Assembly: GCA_026195255.1 (NCBI GenBank)
Contig: JAPHSS010000020.1
Location: forward strand, 50,887-114,886
Length of the DNA stretch: 64,000 nt
DNA from: Gammaproteobacteria bacterium
GTDB taxonomy: Bacteria > Pseudomonadota > Gammaproteobacteria > SZUA-229
Reading direction: 5' to 3'
Shown: piece after piece, positions 20,457 through 28,332 of the stretch
Layout: the number at the start of each line of letters is the position of its first letter
Numbering within the stretch: the first letter of the stretch is position 1
The notes under the pieces: model-generated
What the model was told of the DNA's origin: nothing
The model's database searches: none
Seen by the model: the letters and a program-made list of their open reading frames with translations, nothing else
Made by a program: the position numbers and the translations under genes

Positions 20457-20652
20457 AAAACGCGAATGAACGCTAATAAACGCAAATGCACGCTAAATTA
20501 ATTTTACGTACATAATAGTGTTGCCATTTCTGGATAATTGCTTCGGAAATCTAACGCCACTTAAAAGAATAAGTCCCCGACGCATTCGGGGAGAACAACA
20601 CGATATATATTGATTTGCGTTTATTTACGGTTATTTGCGTTCATTTGCGTTA
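20457..20652. repeat. Structured gltB-gltD intergenic element: two inverted arrays of four 10-bp direct repeats (consensus yATTTGCGTT) flanking a roughly 115-bp core that contains a GC hairpin
   Basis: Left array, read on the minus strand: ATTTAGCGTG CATTTGCGTT TATTAGCGTT CATTCGCGTT. Right array: GATTTGCGTT TATTTACGGT TATTTGCGTT CATTTGCGTT. Core hairpin GTCCCCGACGCATTCGGGGAG at about 20573-20593. Confidence 0.6.
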
Positions 20653-20685
20653 AATCTTTTATTACAAAAGGTTATAAATAATAGT

Positions 20686-22134
20686 ATGGGTAAGATTACA
20701 GGTTTTAAAGAATTCGAACGCAAGACTGCACCTTATCGTGACGTAACTGAACGTCTGAAAGATTTTGGTGAAATCTATACCGAACATGATAACCAGCACC
20801 TGATTACACAGGGCGCACGTTGCATGGATTGTGGCATTCCTTTCTGTCAGTCAGATGATGGCTGCCCGGTTGATAATCTAATTCCTGAATGGAACGATCT
20901 GGTTTACAACAATCGCTGGCAAGATGCTAACGAACGTTTACATCACACTAATAACTTTCCTGAATTCACTGGCCGTGTCTGTCCCGCGCCCTGTGAAGGC
21001 TCATGTGTATTAGGTATAAACAGTCCTGCCGTAACTATTAAAAACATTGAATGTGCAATTGTAGACCGTGCATTTGATGAAGGATGGATTACCGCTCAAG
21101 CGCCAGCAACTCGTAGCAGTAAAAAAGTAGCCGTTGTAGGCTCTGGCCCTGCAGGTATGGCGGCAGCACAGGAATTAAACCGGGCAGGTCATACGGTTAC
21201 TGTTTATGAACGCGCTGACCGCATTGGCGGCCTGTTAATGTACGGCATACCCAACATGAAACTCGACAAAAGTATTATTGATCGCCGGGTTCAGTTAATG
21301 AAAGACGAAGGCATTGAATTTAAAACAAATGCTGATGTTGGTAACAATATTGATATAAAAGAATTAAAACAAAACACTGATGCCATTTTATTTGCAACGG
21401 GCGCAACCACACCCCGAGATTTACCCGTAGATGGTCGTGATTTAAATGGCGTTCACTTCGCAATGGATTTTCTGACTGCAAACACAAAAAGCCTGTTAGA
21501 TTCAAATCTTCAAGACGATAACTATATTAGCGCTAAAGACAAACATGTTGTTGTTATTGGTGGTGGAGATACCGGTACTGACTGTATCGGCACCTCATTA
21601 CGCCACGGCTGCAAATCTGTTGTTAACTTCGAGTTAATGCCAGTACCGCCTGAGGCTCGTGCTGAAAACAATCCGTGGCCCGCCTGGCCTCACATCTACC
21701 GTGTAGACTATGGCCACGAAGAAGCAAAAAAAGTACAGGGAGAAGACCCTCGCACTTACTGTGTACTGAGCAAAGGTTTTACAGGCACTGACGGAAACGT
21801 TTCTAGCGTTAAAACTATTGAAGTTGAGTGGCATAGCGATGAAGAGACCGGCCAATGGAAAATGCAGGAAGTTGCTGGCTCTGAAAAAGAATGGCCAGCT
21901 GATTTAGTATTACTGGCAATGGGTTTTCTGGGTCCAGAACACTATGTAAGTGATGCGCTAGAAATTGAATATGATGAGCGTTCAAACTACAAAGCTGAAT
22001 ATGGAAAGTACGCCACCAGTATAGAGGGTGTTTATGCAGCAGGTGATTGCCGTCGCGGACAGTCTTTAGTTGTTTGGGGAATCAATGAAGGTCGCCAGGC
22101 AGCTGCCGAAATAGATCAGTTTCTGATCAGCTAA
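20686..22134 (+). CDS. gltD: Glutamate synthase small subunit GltD
   Basis: Fe-S cysteine clusters ([18 protein letters not shown]) and the FAD/NAD(P) dinucleotide fold [14 protein letters not shown]. Start chosen at the ATG at 20686, after an RBS. Confidence 0.9.
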   Translation: MGKITGFKEFERKTAPYRDVTERLKDFGEIYTEHDNQHLITQGARCMDCGIPFCQSDDGCPVDNLIPEWNDLVYNNRWQDANERLHHTNNFPEFTGRVCPAPCEGSCVLGINSPAVTIKNIECAIVDRAFDEGWITAQAPATRSSKKVAVVGSGPAGMAAAQELNRAGHTVTVYERADRIGGLLMYGIPNMKLDKSIIDRRVQLMKDEGIEFKTNADVGNNIDIKELKQNTDAILFATGATTPRDLPVDGRDLNGVHFAMDFLTANTKSLLDSNLQDDNYISAKDKHVVVIGGGDTGTDCIGTSLRHGCKSVVNFELMPVPPEARAENNPWPAWPHIYRVDYGHEEAKKVQGEDPRTYCVLSKGFTGTDGNVSSVKTIEVEWHSDEETGQWKMQEVAGSEKEWPADLVLLAMGFLGPEHYVSDALEIEYDERSNYKAEYGKYATSIEGVYAAGDCRRGQSLVVWGINEGRQAAAEIDQFLIS

Positions 22135-22140
22135 ACCTTA

Positions 22141-22186
22141 AAAATAACTGTAGGGTGATCCCGGAATACGCCCTACAGTTATTTTC
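22141..22186. terminator. Bidirectional terminator hairpin between the convergent gltD and substrate-binding-protein genes
   Basis: AACTGTAGGG, a 15-nt loop, then CCCTACAGTT, with A/T runs on both sides. Confidence 0.6.
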
Positions 22187-22210
22187 GATTACTTTAAAGC
22201 TTTAGTTTAC

Positions 22211-23167
22211 CTAAAAGCTTTTAATTTCTAGCTCACTCTCTGTCGCAGGAACGAACGCATAGGATGCATATATTTTTTGCGCATCAGGCGTTGCCAGGTA
22301 TTTTAAAAAAACTTTTGCATTCTCTTTATTTCTAGCTTTATTCATTATACCAATAGCGTATGCAACCTTATCTTGCTTGTTGTAAGGCGCCTTAATTGCC
22401 ACACCATCAATTTTACGTCCCTCAGCTTTTGCATGCGCAACTTCTGAGGTCCAGACTATACCCACATCTGCCTGGTTGTTTTCTATACGATATGGCGTTT
22501 CACGGTGATGACGCTCAGTAAACCAGGTTTTCTGTGGCACCGCCCAGCATTTTTTGCATTTCTTATCTGCCGTTACCTTTTCATAAATACCCAGGTCTTT
22601 TAACATTTCACTACCATAAAATTTAAAAATACCTTCTGTTAAAGGATTTGGGTGTGACTGCACAAGATCATCTCTACCTAAATCTTCGGCGCCCTTTATG
22701 TTTTTGGGGTTACCCTCCGCCACCATTAACTCAAGTTTATTATGTGTATAAATTATATAGTTATTAAGCAAGCCTTTTTTATTTAACTTTTTAAGATGAT
22801 TTATATTTACACTTGCATATAAGTCAGGTGTCATAGATGTTTTTGCTCCATTTATTTTACCCTGCTTTAATAATTGCTTTTTTAAAATCTGTCCCGGCGG
22901 AATTGTTTCAACATAAACTGTTTTAATATTCTGGTTCTTTGATTGGAAGTCCTTTATCAACTCTTCCATAACCATGAACTGATTACCTGCCAGATACATA
23001 ACCAGATCTGAGTCGTATGAATCTTTTATATTGCCATAACCTATATCACCATTAACATTAAAGGTTCTATAGTCATGACCATGACCAGCGTCTTTTGCAC
23101 TAACCATTGACGAAAGCATTAACAACAATAATGTAGTAAACATATTTAATACGGGTTTTTTAATCAT
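22211..23167 (-). CDS. Periplasmic oxyanion-binding protein of the ModA/Sbp (molybdate, tungstate, sulfate/thiosulfate) fold. Orphan: no permease or ATPase gene nearby.
   Basis: Signal peptide. The C-terminal region ADVGIVWTSEV...AKVFLKYLATPDAQKIYASYAFVP resembles the ModA/Sbp/CysP C-lobe. I cannot resolve the subfamily from sequence alone. Confidence 0.55.
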   Translation of the reverse strand: MIKKPVLNMFTTLLLLMLSSMVSAKDAGHGHDYRTFNVNGDIGYGNIKDSYDSDLVMYLAGNQFMVMEELIKDFQSKNQNIKTVYVETIPPGQILKKQLLKQGKINGAKTSMTPDLYASVNINHLKKLNKKGLLNNYIIYTHNKLELMVAEGNPKNIKGAEDLGRDDLVQSHPNPLTEGIFKFYGSEMLKDLGIYEKVTADKKCKKCWAVPQKTWFTERHHRETPYRIENNQADVGIVWTSEVAHAKAEGRKIDGVAIKAPYNKQDKVAYAIGIMNKARNKENAKVFLKYLATPDAQKIYASYAFVPATESELEIKSF

Positions 23168-23327
23168 ATTTAATCTCCAGCTATATTATTTTTAATTTTT
23201 ATTTTCCATATATAGACGTTACAGAATAATTTTTTATTCCATATATTTTTATGCAACTTCATGTTGATATATTTCACGTATGCATATATTTTATATTACG
23301 TGTTTAACCTTAAAAAATGAGAATCTT

Positions 23328-23798
23328 ATGAAAAAACCATTGTCATCTGTTATTACACTTCTAAGTTTATTAACTATTTATACATTTAGTCACGCCGGGC
23401 CTGCAGGCTTGATAAATAAAGCCAGCAATTTTAATACTAATGAGACTATCAACCGACTAGAAGCCGTATTAAAAAAGAAAGGCATTACTGTTGTCACACG
23501 GTGGAACCATAGCGAGCGCGCTAAAGACATAGGCATTACACTCAGACCAACCGAGCTTATTATATTTGGAAATCCTGAATTAGGTAGTCAGTTTTTTACA
23601 TCTCAACAAACTTCAGGTATAGACTTACCTATGAAAGCACTAGCATGGGAAGATGAAACTGGTCAGGTATGGCTAAGTTACAATGATCCTTCATTTATAA
23701 CTTCCCGTCACAACATAAAAGATAGAGAGAATGTTTCAAAAAAAATGAAAAATGCTTTAAACAAACTCACCAATATTGCAACAGGAAGTAAAAATTAA
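23328..23798 (+). CDS. Secreted DUF302-family protein
   Basis: Signal peptide, then a DUF302-like core (…IFGNPELGSQFF…IDLPMKALAWEDETGQVWLSYNDP). It overlaps the stop of the convergent anti-sigma gene by 4 bp. Confidence 0.55.
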   Translation: MKKPLSSVITLLSLLTIYTFSHAGPAGLINKASNFNTNETINRLEAVLKKKGITVVTRWNHSERAKDIGITLRPTELIIFGNPELGSQFFTSQQTSGIDLPMKALAWEDETGQVWLSYNDPSFITSRHNIKDRENVSKKMKNALNKLTNIATGSKN

Positions 23799-24496
23799 AT
23801 TTTAATATATGACCAGCCTTCATGTACACGTTTAACAACCTGCTCAATTGCAGTTACACCATGATGTACTGAGTTGATCATTTTAGGCTCAATGCCTTCT
23901 TTACGTAGACGCTCTACCGCATTACTACAAGCTATGAATTTTATATTTGGATATTCATTGCTCAAGGCTTTTACTCGTTGCGAATAGGGAGATGCGTTTT
24001 CACGAAACAAATCAAGCCCACCTGCATTAGCAATAATTTCTAATTGTATACCCTGATCAATATTTTGATAATTAGCTAATAACATTTCAGCCTGATCAAG
24101 GGTTTGTTTAAATTTTTTATTATCATTTACGCTAATGTGTAAAATATACTTGCCGGGATTTTCAGCAAGCACCTGCATTGCCGGATTAACTGAACTTTCA
24201 TCTGACGTGCCCATGCGATTGCTCAGCATATCACTAGTAAACCAGCCGCCTGTAAATGTAATAATTAAAAGAGCCACTGAAGCCAGCATACGATAGCTAC
24301 TATTTGAAGCCTGTTGTTTAACAGGTGGTTTCACATTCTGGTATGCATGCTGTAACTGTGCTTTTAACGCGTATAAATCATCAAGAGTTTGCTGCAGACT
24401 TGTATCAGTCAATAAGGCTTTTTCAAACTCTGTTTTTTCACCGCCTTGCAGCTCACCATCTGCATAGGCATGTATAATTTCTGTAGAGAATTCCAT
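23795..24496 (-). CDS. Membrane anti-sigma factor whose periplasmic C-terminal domain has a DsrE/YchN-like (sulfur-relay fold) sequence
   Basis: N-terminal anti-sigma domain (IHAYADGEL..EKAL…LDDL) lacking a zinc motif, one TM helix (MLASVALLIITFTGGWF), and a C-terminal roughly 130 aa that is paralogous to the CDS at 25309-25745 and keeps a conserved Cys (ACSN). It is 3 bp downstream of the ECF sigma gene. Confidence 0.65.
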   Translation of the reverse strand: MEFSTEIIHAYADGELQGGEKTEFEKALLTDTSLQQTLDDLYALKAQLQHAYQNVKPPVKQQASNSSYRMLASVALLIITFTGGWFTSDMLSNRMGTSDESSVNPAMQVLAENPGKYILHISVNDNKKFKQTLDQAEMLLANYQNIDQGIQLEIIANAGGLDLFRENASPYSQRVKALSNEYPNIKFIACSNAVERLRKEGIEPKMINSVHHGVTAIEQVVKRVHEGWSYIKI

Positions 24497-24498
24497 TA

Positions 24499-25086
24499 TT
24501 ATTTTACCACTCTCAAAATGTTGTCTGCATTGCTTTCCTGTGCTTTACATGCCACATGTGTTTTATTTTGTTGTTCCAAACGCTTTTTTTTAATGCTCTT
24601 ACCTAAGGCACTTCTTGCCCTGTTTAAGCGACTCATCACTGTACCAATAGGCACCTGTAATACACTTGCCACTTCACTATAACTAAGACCCTCCAGATCA
24701 ACCAGACTAACAACCTGACGCTGGGCATTAGGCAGGCCGGTCATGGCGCTACGCACCATCAGGTCAACCTGATTTACCAGCATTTCATGCTCTGGTGTAT
24801 TATTGTCTGCAATTACAATTCGTTCAATATCTTCACTGGGCCTGCTTTTTCTTAAATAACCCAACCAGACGTTATTTAAAATCGTATAAACCCAGCCATC
24901 AAAAGCCGCCTCGTCTTTCAATTGCTCAATTTTTTGAAGCGCCAACATCTGGGTTTCCTGCACCAGGTCATCAGCCAGCATGGCATCATGCGACCAGGCA
25001 TATGCCATTCGATAAAGCTTTGGACGACTTGACTCTATGCGTCTAACAAGCCCCACCTTACGACAGGCTAGTTTAAATATATTCAC
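24499..25086 (-). CDS. ECF (group 4) sigma-70 family RNA polymerase sigma factor
   Basis: Region 2 (LVQETQMLALQKIEQLKDEAAFDGWVYTILNNVWLGYLRK) and region 4 (SYSEVASVLQVPIGTVMSRLNRAR). Confidence 0.85.
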   Translation of the reverse strand: MNIFKLACRKVGLVRRIESSRPKLYRMAYAWSHDAMLADDLVQETQMLALQKIEQLKDEAAFDGWVYTILNNVWLGYLRKSRPSEDIERIVIADNNTPEHEMLVNQVDLMVRSAMTGLPNAQRQVVSLVDLEGLSYSEVASVLQVPIGTVMSRLNRARSALGKSIKKKRLEQQNKTHVACKAQESNADNILRVVK

Positions 25087-25106
25087 TACACACTCTTAAT
25101 TATCCC

Positions 25107-25240
25107 TTAAACAAATTGGATTACTAAATTAAAGATACATTTGTCCTGGTTTTTATTCCATTTAATTTAAATTAAATCATTAATTAGAAAACAACTAAAT
25201 TAGCACTATCTAATTCATTGATTTAATTAAACAAATTGGA
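25107..25240. promoter_or_regulatory. Divergent promoter region holding two direct copies of TTAAACAAATTGGA exactly 120 bp apart
   Basis: The repeat copies are at 25107-25120 and 25227-25240, in the AT-rich spacer between the ECF sigma gene (minus strand) and the DsrE-like gene (plus strand). Each TTGGA(A/T)TA could serve as an ECF-type -35 element (GGAAT). Confidence 0.35.
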
Positions 25241-25308
25241 ATATTTTTTCCATACGTTTCATCTATTACCTGAATCACAATTAAACCTGAGGAGGTTAAT
25301 AAAAAAAA

Positions 25309-25745
25309 TGAAATCAATAATTCTAATTTTCACGCTACTGCTGTGCATGGCATCAATGACTGCTAATGCAGATAGCACTAGCAAGCCATTCGCTGAAAAG
25401 CGTGTAGTTCTTCAGATAAGCGACCCAAATCCATTTAAACAAACACTGGTTTTAAATGTTGCCGGCAATCTGATCAAGCACTATGGTCAGGATAAGGTTG
25501 ATATTGAAATAGTTGCATTTGGCCCTGGCCTTAGACTATTAATGGCAGGTAATAGTAATCAGTCACGTATTAGCGGCTTGAGCGATTCGGGCATCCAGTT
25601 TTCTGCATGTGAAAATACCATTGCAGCTTTTACTAAAAAATTAGGCCATAAACCCGAACTGGTTTCACAGGCAACACCTGTTAGTGCAGGTATTGTACGA
25701 ATTTTAGATCTAACAGCTCAGGGTTACACTCTGATTAAGCCTTAA
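25309..25745 (+). CDS. Secreted DsrE/YchN-like fold protein, paralogous to the anti-sigma C-domain
   Basis: GAGGAGG RBS and a signal peptide (MKSIILIFTLLLCMASMTANA). VLQISDPNPFKQTL / IEIVAFGPGLRLL / FSACENT align with the anti-sigma motifs ILHISVNDNKKFKQTL / LEIIANAGGLDLF / FIACSNA. Confidence 0.5.
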
Positions 25746-25767
25746 TATGCATCATGAGGAAATATTA

Positions 25768-27078
25768 ATGAATATAAAAAAAATAGCATTATTGACTGGT
25801 TTGTCATTAATTAGCACAGGCACATATGCTGCCAACTGGCTGTCGTTACAGGGAACAGAGAAACCGGGCTCATCAGCACGAGCAAAGGTATGGGGATTTA
25901 TACAACCTGAATACCAGAAAACTGATGGTACAAAATTACCTGCAGGTACCCCTTTTGGCGGACAGAACATGTCTCCAAATATGATCAAACCAGATAACAC
26001 ATCTAATGAATCGTTTAATATTCGTCGTGCACGTGTTGGTGTACGAGGTACAGGCTTCCCTCTTGATGACAATGTTAACTACTTCTTCCTGGCAGAATTT
26101 GGCCACAACGGAATAACCAAGCTGGGTAAAACAGGTGTTTCACTTACTGACGCCAGCATAACTTTAAACCATATCTCTGGCGCACGTATTCGAGTTGGGC
26201 AATTTAAAACACCGACATCTGAAGAAGGTTTACAGGCCATTCACGTATTTAACTATGTGAACTTTACCAGTATGACTGACCAGATGATGCTTGAACGCTT
26301 TACTGATGGTGATGGCATTGCCGCCCCAACTACAAATGCTAATGGACCCAATGGGTCAGTGGGTGCTTTTCGTGATCAGGGTATCCAGGTATTTGATACA
26401 TTCAAGGTAAACGACTGGGAACACAGTTATGCGGTAATGTATGGCAATGGAAATGGCATTAACCGCTCTGATAGTGACAATAACAAAGACACATACCTAT
26501 ACTGGTCGTCTGAACTTGTTTATGGCGGTAAAGGCGCACGTCGTGAAGGCCTTAAAATGTTCGCATGGAACCAGGATGGTACTCGCACCTTAACGACCTC
26601 AGGTGCCGGTGAATATGACCGTACCCGTAATGGTTTGGGCATCACTTTTCTTAAAGGCAAGTATCGCGCAGCAGCCGAATACATGACTGCAGATGGTATG
26701 ATCTTTAATGGTTCTGACGGCGGAGCAGTTCCTGGCTCTAGAAACAATGCTGATACAACCACCGCCACCCTAAATGTGCTCACTGACGATAAATCTGATG
26801 GTTATTACCTGGATTTCGGCTACAAGGTATTACCAAAACTTGAGCTGGATATTCGTTATGACGTATTAAACAGAGCAACTGAAACTGTAAACGGTGAACG
26901 TGTTTTCGATACAGTCACTCTGGGTGCACAATACTTCTTTAACAAGAAGACCCGCGTCACTTTCAACTATGAAATACGCAATCAGGATGCCCCCGGGTTT
27001 ACTGATACTCAGGGTCCAAACCTGATTGCCGATAATCTTGACGACAGATTGTCATTACAGTTATTAGCAATATTCTGA
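25768..27078 (+). CDS. Outer-membrane beta-barrel porin, possibly an OprO/OprP-like anion-selective porin
   Basis: GAGGA RBS, a signal peptide (…TGTYA-ANW), amphipathic beta-strand periodicity over about 440 aa, and a C-terminal aromatic residue (…LAIF). The subfamily is a guess. Confidence 0.5.
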   Translation: MNIKKIALLTGLSLISTGTYAANWLSLQGTEKPGSSARAKVWGFIQPEYQKTDGTKLPAGTPFGGQNMSPNMIKPDNTSNESFNIRRARVGVRGTGFPLDDNVNYFFLAEFGHNGITKLGKTGVSLTDASITLNHISGARIRVGQFKTPTSEEGLQAIHVFNYVNFTSMTDQMMLERFTDGDGIAAPTTNANGPNGSVGAFRDQGIQVFDTFKVNDWEHSYAVMYGNGNGINRSDSDNNKDTYLYWSSELVYGGKGARREGLKMFAWNQDGTRTLTTSGAGEYDRTRNGLGITFLKGKYRAAAEYMTADGMIFNGSDGGAVPGSRNNADTTTATLNVLTDDKSDGYYLDFGYKVLPKLELDIRYDVLNRATETVNGERVFDTVTLGAQYFFNKKTRVTFNYEIRNQDAPGFTDTQGPNLIADNLDDRLSLQLLAIF

Positions 27079-27103
27079 TAGTTATAAATAAACTGGAAAC
27101 GTT

Positions 27104-27131
27104 AACCTCCCTTGCTCTGGGGAGGTTTTAT
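27104..27131 (+). terminator. Rho-independent terminator after the porin gene
   Basis: CCTCCC-TTGCTCTG-GGGAGG hairpin followed by a TTTTA run. Confidence 0.6.
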
Positions 27132-27301
27132 ATTAAAAAAGGAACATTTTAATCTAATTAAGTAACGACTAATACTGACTTTGAATTGCCCATATTGATT
27201 GATTTACTGTATTTATGTGCTATCTTTTATATTCGGAGCTTAATATAAGCGGCGTTGTTGTCTTGCTATTATTAACCTTCACAGTATATCAGGAGTATCC
27301 T

Positions 27302-28198
27302 TTGCGTCATTTCTTTTTACAATTTTCTAGCTGCATCTTCATATTTTATTCAAGCTCACTTTACTCTCAGGAAAATATTCTTAACTGGGTAGGTTGCGGC
27401 ATAAGTAAAAAATCTTATATGACACGCCTTGCCAAAGCATACACCGACTCTAAAAAAATAGATGTAAACTTACAAGGTGGCGGAGCAACACGTGGCATAC
27501 GTGATGTTTCAAAATTAACGGCAGACTTTGGAGGGGCTTGCAGATATTATTTACCAGGAAACCTTCAGGAAGAAAAAGTCGGTTTTGAACCCGTTGCCTG
27601 GGATGCATTAGCCGTTATTACACACCCTGACAACCCCGTCAATAACTTATCTCTTAAGCAGGTTAGGAAAATATATACCGGTGAAATCACAAACTGGAAA
27701 TCCGTTGGCGGTAATGATGCCCCAATAAAATTATTAACCCGAAAAGGTAAAATTTCTGGCGTAGGTTACTCAATACGTTCTTTAATATTTTCTGATACAA
27801 ATATGGAATTCCCACATTCAAAAAAGTTTAAATCGAGTGGCCCAATTGAAAAAGCCGTTGAGTCAGATATTAATGCTCTTGCCATTACAGGTGTGAGTAG
27901 CGCGAGATTAAGACAGGTTAAAATATTGAGCCTGAACAATAAACAACCAAATTATGACACTATCAAAAGTGGTCATTATGTTTTATATAGACCTCTTTAT
28001 ATAACCTTCAATCCACTAGGCCCCCAGGCAAAACAGGTTAAGGATTTTATTCGTTTTGCACACAGCAAAACAGGTAGAAGCATTATGATTAAAAATGGTG
28101 TAGTACCCTACATTGATGCCCTCAGGCTGGTGATGATCCAGTCTAGACAAACTTTAGCATCCCAGTCGAATAGTAAATCTAACTTAACTTACGATTAA
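27302..28198 (+). CDS. PstS-family (phosphate-type) periplasmic oxyanion-binding protein. Orphan: no pstCAB nearby.
   Basis: AKAYTDSKKIDVNLQGGGATRGIRDV...ADFGGACR resembles the PstS N-lobe (…GGGSG.G…SR). The likely start is the TTG at 27302, after an AGGAG; the ORF track gives 27215. Confidence 0.5.
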   Translation: MRHFFLQFSSCIFIFYSSSLYSQENILNWVGCGISKKSYMTRLAKAYTDSKKIDVNLQGGGATRGIRDVSKLTADFGGACRYYLPGNLQEEKVGFEPVAWDALAVITHPDNPVNNLSLKQVRKIYTGEITNWKSVGGNDAPIKLLTRKGKISGVGYSIRSLIFSDTNMEFPHSKKFKSSGPIEKAVESDINALAITGVSSARLRQVKILSLNNKQPNYDTIKSGHYVLYRPLYITFNPLGPQAKQVKDFIRFAHSKTGRSIMIKNGVVPYIDALRLVMIQSRQTLASQSNSKSNLTYD

Positions 28199-28332
28199 CA
28201 GCTCAGCCAGTAATAAATATTATTCGTTAGAAAGCCATAATACAGACACATAATTAAAACATATCAGCTTATTAACCTCCCCTGGTTAACAAAAACTCTG
28301 TGTTATGTTCGCCTCTGTGGCAAAATAGCCAC

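Noticed and set aside
20431-20685. Whether a small protein gene lies between gltB and gltD
   Set aside because: I found no ORF with an RBS. The region is dominated by 10-bp repeats and a hairpin, so it is treated as a non-coding structured element.
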